Source: Trichoplax adhaerens
Taxonomy: Eukaryota; Animalia; Placozoa
NCBI RefSeq assembly: GCF_000150275.1
Contig: NW_002060944.1
Coordinates: 3,614 to 67,613, forward strand
DNA: 64,000 nucleotides
Direction: 5' to 3'
The notes under the pieces were generated by a model, which saw only the letters and a list, made by a program, of their open reading frames with translations, was not told the DNA's origin and did not search any database. The position numbers and the translations under genes are program-made. Below are positions 27,301 to 39,199 of this stretch, in pieces. The first letter of the stretch is position 1, and each line of letters opens with the position of its first letter.

Positions 27301-30300
27301 TGGAAATCCCTTGTACTCTGTAGCTGATCTACCTTTAGGCAACTTCAAAATTCTTCAATACTTGTAAAAGAATTTACTAAATAATTTAATGCTTGAATGT
27401 TATTCTTAAAAATCGAAGCAGAATTGCGGTATATAACAATGATATCAGCATAACTTTATAACCTTATCTATTTCAATAGGGGACTATCGAAAAATAAATT
27501 GCGAAGCCTTAAAATTGCATGTCAATCGAACTTTACCAGCGACATTTTTAAATTGTAAATTGATATATTTCCTGATATTAATCTTGGCAAAATTTGAAAC
27601 CAATGAAGCATTATTTCACATACGTTTAAAATCATTAATAACAAAATTTTACTATAGAAATATCCTTTGCTAAGTTGCATTTGCCCTCATCAAAAACTGT
27701 ACTCAAGTTTAATCATACAATATTTGCGAACTGCTTTAACTGTTGCAGTTATGATAAAATAGTTGATACTTATAATAAACCATAGCAGTCGTATTTACTA
27801 TAAAAAAAATCCGGTATCAACATATTTATTTTTTCTGTCATAGGGATTTATCCAATAACTTGATGACTGAAATTCGAATTCCTAAATGTTTTCAATGCCT
27901 ACATCATATGTAAATTGATTTATTAGTAAATTTTTTAGTTGTATATTAAATAAAAATTGATTTATTCTGACAAAATAGAGCATCCATTGTTCTTTGGTAT
28001 ACATGTATTGTCGAGTTATGAAGTTTTCTAAACGTCGATATTTCTTGTGATATTAATTATGCCGAAATATATTTCAGCAACATCTCCAACAACAGAATTA
28101 ACAATCCTAGAAGTATATCTCTAAGCAAAATTTCTTGCACTTCATCAATGTAAGTCTTTCTCTTACCAGAATCAAAGCACCTTGTTCTCATTCGTTTTCG
28201 CTTTATAGTAAATTCCAATACCATGAAAAATTTGTATAAATCAGTGTATATTGATTCAATGTAATTCAACTTATTTAGGACAACATTATATAAATTTCAG
28301 TTTATCATCCACAATCATAAGCGTTAACTTTTATAACTAATGGTAATAAATTTTATATTTTATTTTAATCCGTTTAATTATTTTCTAGCGATATTAGTCA
28401 AAATAGAATCACTAGACTTGAGTCAGATATATTTTCTTCGCTTGAAGAGCCGCTATTAATCAGTGTCCTGTAAGTATTTATACATTCTATTTTACAGTAA
28501 GATGCAGTACTGCAAATGTTATCATAGATCATGCCTTGACCTTTTTCTCGCGTCTTGTTTTTGTTACACGTTCTTAAAACAGGAACATGTCCAGCAATCG
28601 TTTAGAGTATGTTAAATCTAAAGTGCTTCAACCAATATCAGGCTTAACGGAGCTGTACGTGTACATACTAACTAAGCTGTATGATACAGCACTAATAATA
28701 CTGAATACTAATTTTTACATGCATAAAATAAAATTTTATCAATCTATTAAGCTACTAACCGTTGTTTAGCATAATTATAAGAATAATATCCATTTAATAT
28801 AGCAGTTATAAATAGTACAAAACAAAACTGTAAAATCATAAACATATTTTTACTTATAAGAAGTATTAGTATTACAACTGATAAATATAAATAGCTAAAA
28901 ATTAGATATGTTTCAAAAATTATGTGACATATTAACCTTCGCTTTGATATAATTAGAAACATTCATGATAATCGTCTCGAAACATTAGATTTTATTCAAT
29001 TATTTCATCAACTGAATAGACTGTAAGTATTACTAGGTCTTCATGTTAAGTAATCTAGCTAATCTATACTTATATTTATATAACGATCTTAGCAATACTC
29101 ATAGTTTTGCCATCATATGTACATTTATCTACTATCAAATTAGTGTGGTCTCCAGAAATCGAGTTACGGATTTAAAAAGTAGCTATTTTAAAAACTCCAA
29201 GAATTTAACACATCTGTAAGAATTTATAATATATACTTTCTTGAATACAAGTGTAATAAATTACTGAAATTCACTGCGAATAGTAGCTACCTTGTAATCC
29301 AGAATAACATACTACATTCGTATAAATAACATTTTACGAAACTGAACGGTAATCCTTCTAAATCTCTATAAGATATTTAAGCTATAACAAGCTCCAATCT
29401 CTTAGAAATAGAACATTTATCAAGAGCGACAATATTCTATACCTGTAAGTTTATTGAGATTTATTGCATGTATAGAGTCTATGACAGCATAGACATGTTA
29501 TGAAAGGAATTTATTTTTGTAATTTTACCTCACTAGACAACATATATAACATTATTTCGGATCGATTTACTTTTTTAATCTGTCCTTATAGACAATTAGA
29601 TCATAACAAAATTTCGATAGTAGAAAATGAAGCATTTCTCGGTTTATCAAACTTGCTAACGCTGTATGTTATCGATTTTTACCTTTTAATGTGACACAAA
29701 CATATCCACTTTGTCGGTTATTTTATAAAAACAATAGCTTCATGAGACATGACGTTTAATCTACTAGGGACATCAGCTATAACCACATTATTTCATTGAA
29801 TGGGATATTTCCTCAAGATTTACACCGCCTAAATTCGCTGTATGGTAGCATTATGCAGTATTTATTCTATATTATTATTTACGCTAACTAGTTCTATTGT
29901 TAGACTTCATATAAAATGTAGAAACACCTGTAAACTGAATCTTTAATTGAAATTAGATATATAGCTGCTTAAAACAAAGAATACAACGATATTTTCACTT
30001 AGAATTTAATTTAAATGCTTATTTTCACTTCACTATTTAAAGTAACTGTGATGGAAATCAAATCTCTTCTATAGCTGGAGCTCCATTTTATAATTTAACA
30101 AAACTGACTAAATTGTATGTTTCATTATAAACTCTTCAGTCTATCAATATCAAGATTTAGTTAAGATTACTACTATACTAAACTGAATAATTTTTAAATA
30201 TCATAACATACCAATGAGCAAACTCTTCTTCTAGATCATTGAATCAAAATCACCTACAAGAAATTGCTAGTGACGGTTTTAGTAATCTGATTAGCCTGCG

Positions 30301-33300
30301 TTTACTGTAAGTATAGAACCTAAATTATTTATCGTATATAGAATCGACTAAATTGACTAAATATCAACTAAGCTATAGTCCAAAGTTACTTACTTAATCT
30401 TTACTGAATCTTTTCGTCTACATTTTGTAAGAACAGCTCGATAAATTATAATAAACTTACCCGCTTATCTTGTGAGTCCATTTTTGAAACCATTTATGAT
30501 CTGTAAGTGACATAGCTAATAAATTCATGTCAATTTGTAGTATTTTAAGTCATAATACGGCTATAGAGGCATTTAAGTAAGTTACTGCCAATAAATTGCC
30601 TGGTACTATTTCAAATTTATTCGATTGCAATACATTAGCGATAGTGCAGTGCTGTACTTTTCGCATTGGTTTGGCTTTCCTTACGCGTTGCATTTGAAAT
30701 TATTCGTTGTAGTGCAGCATCTCTTTTTTAATAATTAAGGAGAGGACAATCAAAACACTGAAAATATAATTAACGCGCTATCAAGAAGATATATTCACAG
30801 AAGTTTTTATACACTTTGTTCAAGATAAAATCAATTCGTAATGATAATTAAACTAAATGTAATCAAACAAGTTTCAAGGCGAAACATTATTCGATGTGTT
30901 TACACAGAGAATTGTTGTCGTCTTACTTAAAATAAATATACATCATAGTAATATTTACCTTCTTTATTGTATACATTCAGGAGGATAACTCATAACAATA
31001 TATCCTACATCTCTCACAGTTGTAACAAAACATTTGGCAGTTTATCACAGAGAATGTAAGTTATAATTAAGACTTTATCATTTTAAAACTTAAGCCAGTA
31101 TTAAGATATAAAAAAAATTAAATGCTGTATATGGAGTTATATATTTGTGATTAACCGATTATAAAAATCCAAAACTGGTAAAGAATTAGGACTTTATCAG
31201 ATCTTCATAATAAGATAATCTATGCAAAGCTCTATTCCAACCAAATACAACTACTAAGCACTTTTAGAAATAACCATTAGAATAATTTAAGTAGCTAGCT
31301 TGTATACTTATCGTAGCGTTCATAGCTATAATCAGCATAACATTCTACCTTATTTACTTATATCTAGATTATTATTAGTAATAATATTTTACAGCGAACT
31401 ATTAATCCAACATAGAAACTACTAGAGTAATTACATAGTGTCACTAAACAGCTTTAGTGATCTGGGTTGAACTGATCTATCTACTCTAATTAATCACAAA
31501 CTAACTCCAGTACGTGTTCTGTTCGGAAATTTCCAATAGTAGATAGTTGAGATAGACGACAAGGGTTCAGACAAATTAAGTCTTATTTATTATAAGCTAC
31601 TTCGTAAATTAGTACTAGTGTACTCTACAATAGTCTTAGCTGCAAACAAGGAGCATCAAGCTCCATAAGGCATAGACATTATTTCTATCCGTTAGAGTAC
31701 GATGAACTAACCATATTCTAATATGAATTCGTTACAGTGTTATACGGTGTAATATCCAGATTAGAGTAGAAAGATCTATTGCAATTCAAATTACTGTGAT
31801 TGCAACTTACTTATGGTAGATTGTAGATCATCGTGGGCATGTTCCGCGATAGGACATATTGTAATCTGACCATTTCTTATTAGTCATTAGATGTCTATGT
31901 TCGCAAATACTGTTGTCTTTATTAGATAGCCGTAGATAAAATTAGCTTTTGATTCATTAGAAGATTTCAACGTTAATATTACTATCTAGAATTTCTAAAC
32001 TACTGTAAAAGAGTATAGAAATGCCTCATATCGTACAATAAAGTTAGTTCTTTACATTAGTGTTCACCATGAAATACTGTACAAGTGTCACAAACCTGCT
32101 TCGTGACAAAGATAATGTAAAACAAATCTCTAAATTACTGTAGTCTCCGGTATTTAGTGTCCCTGAACTATCTCAGAAGAATTTAAATGCCTTCGCTTCT
32201 ACGTTATACAACTGTAGAACTCTGCTTTATTTAACTATCTGCCGAGCTTAAATACTCTTTGGTAGCTGCTATCATGTATGAGTCATAACGGTTCATGAAA
32301 TTTAGTTCATATTGGATAGCTAAATTAATACAGAAATTATTCATAATCTTAGACATGTACTGAATGATTCTAGATAATTAGATTACAGTATGTCCATACA
32401 CAGAATTATTTATAGTATCCTCTACAATTGAATATCTTCAGAATATTCATCACAAGCGTTACAAGATATAACACTATAATCAATTAACATTAGTTACCTT
32501 ATAAAAACTCTTACTACAGTAAAGCATAATTTATTGCAACAAACTAATAACTACCGTAGTTCTTACTGTAAGTCATTATTAGCTATCTCCATATATAAAT
32601 ATTAACCACTAAATTTAGTCATTTACTCTTCACGATGGTTTGTACCGTAATAACAAGACTTTTATGTCTTTGTGTAGTCTACTAGTATAGGAAAAGTGTT
32701 CCTGATAGGGTGGATGTTGCTCCCTGATACGTGGTTTAGTCAATCGACTTATTGATCCTACATTACGTTATCTTGTTGCAGAGCTGCTGTGTAACAGAAT
32801 TACAGTTCTATTTTTACCTCTGACCCCAACGGTAACTCGATATATTGTATATAGTTATTTGTACTCTGGCATAGAATTTCCACCACAGCCTATGGTCATG
32901 AGCTATCAAATATGTCTCAAGATATCTATAGAAAGCCATACTACTGTACACTTTACTAAACACGGATAATAATCTAAAATTCCAATACTTAGCTATGTTA
33001 CAACATTATAGTTTTATGCCCTATTACTGAGCTAATTCTTTACAGAAAGTAACCTTTCAGTCATCATGTATTATTTTATCTGTCACGAAAGCAGTCTTCG
33101 TGTAATTTATTTTATTTCTATGTAACGTTCTATATATGTTTATATCTCAGAAATATTTACGGTTTCCTTAATTGTAACTCTAGTAGCTAACAAAGAATAT
33201 ATTAGTAATCCTTACTTTAAGATCAGATAGACTAAGATAGTAATTACCAACTAGTTGAAATAGATTGTATCTATAACCTCCAATAATGTTAAGGTTAAAA

Positions 33301-36300
33301 ATACAATTTCTAAGTTTAGACGAAATATCTTATTAAGATAGCCTAATATGTGTTTTTAAACTATTATTAAGGATTGGATAATTAATACTGAAAATACAAT
33401 AAATTTGATAGGATTAGACTGTGTTTAATCTGTACTAATAGAGGTTCTAATTAAAAGCTAAAGCTGTTACTAGCTCGTAATATTATGTTATACGTATATG
33501 AGGTAGAAGTTTACAAAATTACTTTGTCTTCAATTACAGAGATATCAGTTACAATAATTTGGTACGAAATGGAATTAGAGTAGAAGAACAAGTTTTATTT
33601 AAATTATTAAAGCTGCCTCCTGCTATGTAAGTAATTAATAAATGCTAATTATCAGATAATAGGACGCTTCAGTTAATTGCTACCATAAAGTGAAATAATT
33701 TCTGGAGGCTAATTCTTGTTCTTTAAATTTATAAAATGTAAATAGACTTTTGGCAGGAAACAACATTAAATCTATTCCAATGTCATTCTTAAAATGGAAT
33801 CTCTATATCAGAACATTGTGAGTAAATGACATAGCAATAAACTTATAAATAACCGATTGATAATGAGAAGAGAATATTAATAAATCTAAAACTGGTTAAG
33901 AATTTACCGTAAATATAGCAAATCGATAGCTTATTATGATAATGTGTCATCTCGGATACGTAACAAGAACTACAGTTTCTTGTAAACTCCACCTTATTAC
34001 GTAAGATTATGTTCGTCTCACAACCACCAAGAAATATCTGACTGCAATCAGACTATCCAAATTATCACAGCGATACTCATGATTTATATACAATTCGCCA
34101 CGCAATGATCTTCCTTCGAATACAATCATATCGTACCAATTAAGTTACAAGACCATATCTAAATTTACTAATGCGCTATCAACTCATAATTCGCACTTCT
34201 AATTTAAAGTGTCACAATACAAATTTCACAGTACTAAGATACTTAGCGCTATCTATTATTGTCTCAGAATCTCAATATAAGCATCTTAATACAATTACTA
34301 CAATAAGTACTGTAAACATCTTGCACAAATAGTCAGTTAAGATAATCTTACACTCTTACTTACAGTTTAATTTAAACTATTCTCATACAATCTTGAATAG
34401 TAATTTAAGCTATATTTGGTGCTGCACTACACTTATACTACAAATTATCTTCGCTAACATCATTGAAATGTTGCTAAGATAATGATAGAGATCTGCTTAC
34501 TAATTAAGGTGATCTCCATGGCATGCTATCAAAAATGATTTGTACGAATAATATTTATTGAAAAAATATTAATGTTAAAAATTGTACAGCTTATGTGAAG
34601 TCTTTTTCTTGCAAATCAGAAGTAATCTTAACGATTATCCTATTATGTTCTCAATCTCTAGTTCTATTGGTAGTAATAATATGTCACTATCTGCAATTGA
34701 ACAAGCTATGCGAGGTCTTTATATCGCCGATGTATGCGTACCACCTAAAATCTACCGTTATTTAGAATATTATAGCTGTAACCGTTATTCACTGTAAGTG
34801 AACAAGTTGTCAATAATTCTCACATAACCAGTGATTTACTTACTCCTAATTACACGTCCATAATTCCTACCTATATCTAACGAGCATTGTAATGCCGCTT
34901 TTTGCAAATTATTAATCTTATGCTCTATTTTACGTACGCTTAATTTGATCAGAGACTTAAGCGATAGCAGGCTAAACAAAATTCCTTCTGGCAGCTTCGT
35001 TCACCTTAATGGCTTATTAAGAGTCTTGTAAGTCGATTTAGCTAACCTAAGTTATTAGCTACAGTTTAAAGATCTAAAAAATGCTTAAGCACATACACGT
35101 ATCCCGTTGCTAACTTTCAATTTTATTTTTTAATAATTACATCCGGTGTATGTATCATTGATCAATATTCTTACAACTCGCTTTTGCAATAATACTTAAC
35201 AAAACGTAAATAGCAATAGACCTGAAAATTTTATTCGAGATTGTATCTTACATAAAACTTTCCGCTTATATCTTATTTGCATAACAGAAAATTAAATAAT
35301 AATTATATCAAAACTATTGATGCATCAGCCATATTTCGAGATAGTGACAGCAATTTACGAGAACTGTGAGTTTATTACTTATAATTGTCATGAATAGATA
35401 TCCGAATAGGATTGATAATTTTAATAAAATGATCGGTTTCATACGATATGCCTTTTAAATGTAACGCGGTATGATTATTTCATACGCTAGCGCATAACTG
35501 CTCTCATAAAAGCTGTAGAAATATTGAATGCTGACTGAATATCTATTGCATACTGATTTAGTCATTTGGCCAATAATGAAATATCGAACTTTACTAATCC
35601 AAGCAAAGTGCAATTCGTTGCCTTAAGATTACTGTAAAGTAAAACATTTCCTGTAGACTAGTTTTATAAATTATAGAATTATAATAGTACTAATCAGGCC
35701 ATATTTTATTTACTATATAGCAATTTAACTCGAAACAGACTGGCTAATATCTGCGGAAGATCGGAGTTATTAGGAGTTGCTTCCAATTTATTGGAAATGT
35801 AAATTGCCATTTTCCAATATATTCTTTGTTAGAATAACATAAATCTGATATTCAGTTTGCTTGCAAATCTACAGATATTTAGATTTCAATCAAATTAGAG
35901 TGCTAAAACCTAGATGCTTTGGCACCCTCTTCAAGTTACAGACACTGTGTGTGTTATCATTAATAATAATTTAGGGAATGATAGAATTATTTTCATTTGG
36001 TATAGATAGCATCTTTAATTTATAGACTATAGATGAAGTCTAGTAGTTTAAATAGTAATACTTATTCCTTTCACTTATCTACTGAGTCAATACATCGTAC
36101 ATTTCTTAATTATTTCTTTCAGATCCATCAAATCGAATCCATTAGTAACTTTACAGGATATCTCATTTTATGGTTCTACAACGTTAGGCTCAGTGTAAGC
36201 TGTCATGTTTTATTAATTAAGTTCTATAACAGTTTCTTAATTTTTAATAACATCTTGTAGTAAATTTTGTAAGTGAATATTCTATTTTTATCACTCAACA

Positions 36301-37890
36301 TTAACATATAGAGCTTCTACGCGTGCATATTTATGCTGCATTGTTCCTGCTAAGATTACTACTTGCTCGCCAGCTCCTGATTTAGATTCGGCTTCGAGTT
36401 GTGAAAATATTCTCGCTCACACCTCTTTACAACTAGCTGTTTGGATTATGGCTTTAGCTGCCTTTATAGGAAATATATTAGTCATCGCTAACAATCGTTC
36501 TAATAAAAATCGCAAGATAAGTAAAGCAACTGAATTGGTCTTTACCAATTTAGCCATATCCGATTTCTTAATGTCTCTCTATCTAATCATCATTGGTATT
36601 GGCGATTTTGTTTATCGTGATCGTTATGCTCAATATTCTGAAGAGTGGCTTCGCAGTCCAGCCTGCGTTGTTGCATCATTTTTAATATGTACATCAAGTT
36701 TAATGTCAGTTCTTATGATGTTATTTATTGGTATCGATCGTTACTCAATTGCTTCGAATCCATTTTTAGCATCAGATACAAGATATAAAAGGACTAAAAT
36801 ATCACTACTATTAGGATGGTTACTAACAAGCATTTTCGTAGGTATACCTATCTCTATGGGTATTGATGAACCTGGTGATAGACGTTTATATCAATTTAGT
36901 TCAATTTGCACTCCAAGTAATTTAAGTAACAATTTCTATGCTGGCTGGACAATCGCGTTTGTTGTACTCCAACTTGTATGCTGGATGCTAACTTTAACAC
37001 TTTACCTTAAGTTGGTAGCGACGGTCAATAAAACACAGCGTTCTGTTCGTAGCAGTGCTCAATCGCGCAGCTTTGCGGTAGCTATCCGAATATCGCTAAT
37101 TCTAATAACGGATTTAATGGCTTGGTTACCAGTTTATGTTATTTCTGTTATGTCGATCATCCAAGGTACTCTAAATGTATTTATACTGCAATTCGCCGTC
37201 ATTTTAGCTATCCCCCTGAATTCAGCTATTAATCCATACATTTATACCGCTACTGGAACAGCTTGCTTTAACCGCTTAACATCTACGAATAAATCAAAAT
37301 CAGTTTATTCTTCAACAACACGAAATATTTCCATGCATCAGAATAGCACGTATGGTAATAAGCAGAAGCGTACGAGAGTTGCTCCTTTTTCCAAATATGA
37401 AACTATTATAAACGAAGACGTCGGTGATTCTACTTCCAAAGCTATTAATGATGGGTATCAAGCAGAACCTAATCAGATTAATAATAGTACGACTATCCGA
37501 ACAGCTAATCAGAAAACAAAAATTTCCTGTAATGAAATAACGACTACTGCTATCCATTGTGCTCCGGATGCTGCCTTCTTATTAAGTATGCAAAGAAATA
37601 AAAGGTACAGCGCACCTTCATGCGTACTTGCCGACATGTTAACTACAAGCTGCGATCATACCATATCTCATGAAGCGAATACCAAAAAATACTTAATAAT
37701 AGATGTAAGTAATTTCGCACAAACCCATAAAGCCAAAAATGCATCTTCGACGAGTGACAGAGCTGCTACGTCCGAACTTGGTATCATAAATCCCGTATAT
37801 GATGAGGATAAAGGTCAGAATGTTAAGCCTGTTCATAATATGCTAGAAAATTTTAGCTGTAAGGGCAGATACAAGCCATCATTTATGTAA
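9321..37890 (+). CDS. Giant LRR-containing GPCR 2: signal peptide + LRRNT + ~55 LRRs + hinge + 7TM + tail, 58 exons, ~1938 aa
   Basis: Exon 1 9321-9384 MALLSILLWHFAFLSGYLHAS; exon 2 11559-11673 LQCPQTCTCPSASYIGC (LRRNT). LRR exons start at 11863, 12076, 12320, 12724, 12915, 13320, 14415, 14570, 14920, 15156, 18680, 20290, 20474, 21567, 22548, 22731, 22909, 23108, 23580, 23757, 23908, 24079, 24276, 24729, 25050, 25270, 25877, 26211, 26627, 26852, 27010, 27292, 27480, 27844, 28078, 28389, 28583, 28957, 29144, 29373, 29592, 29768, 30043, 30235, 30437, 30981, 33540, 33746, 34662, 34953, 35288, 35562, 35721, 35875, 36123. Last exon 36312-37890. All are AG/GT bounded and sum to 5817 nt, divisible by 3. 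Confidence 0.85.
9611..10152 (+). repeat. Intronic interspersed repeat family A, copy 1
   Basis: Shares aactttattagatc, cagctctactctagcc, agttctatttttta and tagcataga segments with 15447-15865, and its 3' part with 32797-32995. Confidence 0.8.
11559..11673 (+). CDS. LRRNT cap exon of LRR-GPCR 2
   Basis: CPxxCxCxxxxxxxC motif between a TAG acceptor and a GTGAGT donor. Confidence 0.88.
13467..13530 (+). pseudogene. Probable decayed LRR exon (64 nt, frameshifting)
   Basis: ttctag acceptor and ct|gtaagt donor typical of the LRR exons; core tcaaaatttctagaggatattca resembles tcaaaaatctttgggggattatca of exon 14570; lies where the alternating exon pattern lacks one member. Confidence 0.4.
15447..15865 (+). 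repeat. Repeat family A, copy 2 (internal deletion)
   Basis: Collinear with 9611-10152 but about 120 bp shorter. Confidence 0.8.
16808..16940. repeat. Two-copy tandem repeat, ~66-68 bp unit
   Basis: cttagagctattcgttttaca...gaggtaaaaagtac(t/a)gtaagaatcttatactg at 16808 and 16876. Confidence 0.92.
17968..18469 (+). repeat. Local direct repeat, ~120 bp (17968-18090 and 18348-18469)
   Basis: Both run cagcaatttatt(g/a)gcag ... ccgaaa..atcatgata..gga..aaaataaatatt. Confidence 0.75.
18936..19007 (+). pseudogene. 72-nt LRR pseudo-exon with in-frame TGA
   Basis: aag acceptor, exactly 72 nt, at|gtaaga donor; reads HVIDNYARHII*NFFQAQQRYII, similar to intact exon 23757-23828 HILDNYVLNLTSTAFKGSHQIDT. 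Confidence 0.6.
19310..19507 (+). repeat. Repeat family B, copy 1 (inverted relative to 31772-31968)
   Basis: For example gtcagattacgatatgtcctatc...acaatctaccataagtaagtt is the near reverse complement of aacttacttatggtagattgt...gataggacatattgtaatctgac. Confidence 0.85.
31772..31968 (-). repeat. Repeat family B, copy 2
   Basis: Reverse complement aligns by eye along ~195 bp with 19310-19507. Confidence 0.85.
32797..32995 (+). repeat. Repeat family A, copy 3 (3' part)
   Basis: gaattacagttctattttt...gcatagaat...gagcta...tatagaaag matches ~9945-10150. Confidence 0.75.
33930..34335 (+). repeat. Repeat family C, copy 1 (inverted relative to ~42138-42520)
   Basis: taacaagaactacag, gttcgtctca, taccaattaagttacaag and catatctaaatttacta all occur reverse-complemented and collinear at 42140-42520. 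Confidence 0.85.
36312..37890 (+). CDS. Hinge + 7TM + C-tail exon of LRR-GPCR 2
   Basis: YLCCIVPAKITTCSPAPDLDSASSCENILAH hinge, then ORF 36448-37890 with LAISD, DRY, WLP and NPYIY motifs; close paralogue of 1916-3662. Confidence 0.93.
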
Positions 37891-39199
37891 TATTTACTCT
37901 AATGGAGAAAAAGATAAAGAGCAATATTCGAAACCAAATAAAATTCACTACAGAAACATGAAAAATCAAGGTTGCGCATTCCTTTTATATTGTAATAATG
38001 CACTTCCTTCTGCTTTACCCTAACTAATCATCCAGTAATAAATCTTATAATGTAGTGGTTTAAAATAGATTATTACTTAAAAGTATTGTTGAATATTACA
38101 GTCGTAGAACTCATGACTAATGCAACTGCACATACGTAATTAGCACTCAGATTAATTATCGGCTGAACTTCTCTCTAAGAAGTCAGCCTTTTAAATCCTT
38201 CTAAAGGAATGTTAACAAATGTGTTCGCAAATGTTTTTCCGTAGTCAATTCAACTAAAAACCTAACTTAATCTATAGTTTCCCTTGTATTACTCAGTACG
38301 TAGTATGGCTCCTTTAGATACATGATTCCTAACTAGGTATAATTGCCATTCCTCACCGTGAGCCAATTATACACAAGTTGCTGAAATACGCTAATACCGC
38401 TTACCGAGGCGCCTTCAGTCTTACTTAAAGTTACAGCTATTGTCTCCTATAATCACTCACTAATAGTGGATGACTATTTTAACACCTAAAGTGATCCTTG
38501 ACGCCACTAATCCACTCAGATTAAGCGCTACTAGTTCTGATGACTACCGCGGTTTTCCTGTAAAACCTTTTTTCCTTTGCACATCAACATCATTTATTTC
38601 TCTTAAAGTCTAAATATATTATTGTTCTAATTGAAATTTTATCCATCCACAGGTGGACAAACTACAAGATACAATAATGTTGCTTTACGAAGAAGTAACT
38701 CTTGGTAATTCCTTTACGAAAATTGCATCCCATGGAACTCCCATTGCACATGCATAAAGCTAAAAAAATACTTCATTAATTATTTCGCACTTTCTTTAAT
38801 ATTCAATCTTAATAGCATATATCTAACTAGATAATTAATCAGACTGGATTATTTGCACTAATTGTAATCAACTTTTCAATATCCAGCCGTATTCAATTTT
38901 TATACTTATTAAGTTAGCATCGAATACAAAATACACAACTAATACTAGTACCAAAAATACTACATCTGTACCATTCTATATGATCTCATACAGGATTTCC
39001 ATTCCGTAACTTTTTATGGCGTTAAAATATGTACTACTTCTTCAAATAGCAATTTTAGCATAAGCAATGACAGCTTAATACAAATTTTAATTAACATATC
39101 ATTAATTACTATTTTAATACAATTGTGAGGTGCCTATGTAATAAAATGTATAAGCTTCATCTACAGTTTACCTTTTCTACATTGGAATAAGATTGTCAT

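Noticed and set aside
11863-36194. Regularly spaced ~72-nt units as a CRISPR-like or DNA-rearranging cassette array
   Set aside because: Units are protein-coding exons with ordinary GT-AG splice sites; no identical direct repeats, recombination signals or recombinase gene were seen.
392-37557. Other 60-81 aa ORF-track entries in the receptor region as independent genes
   Set aside because: They are single LRR exons read through into introns, antisense shadows or random AT-rich frames.
38480-38770. Minus-strand coding-like fragments (YACAMGVPWDAIFVKELP, or LCMCNGSSMGCNFR in another frame)
   Set aside because: Short, stop-interrupted and readable as either a Penelope-like RT or an LRRNT remnant; needs a profile search to call.
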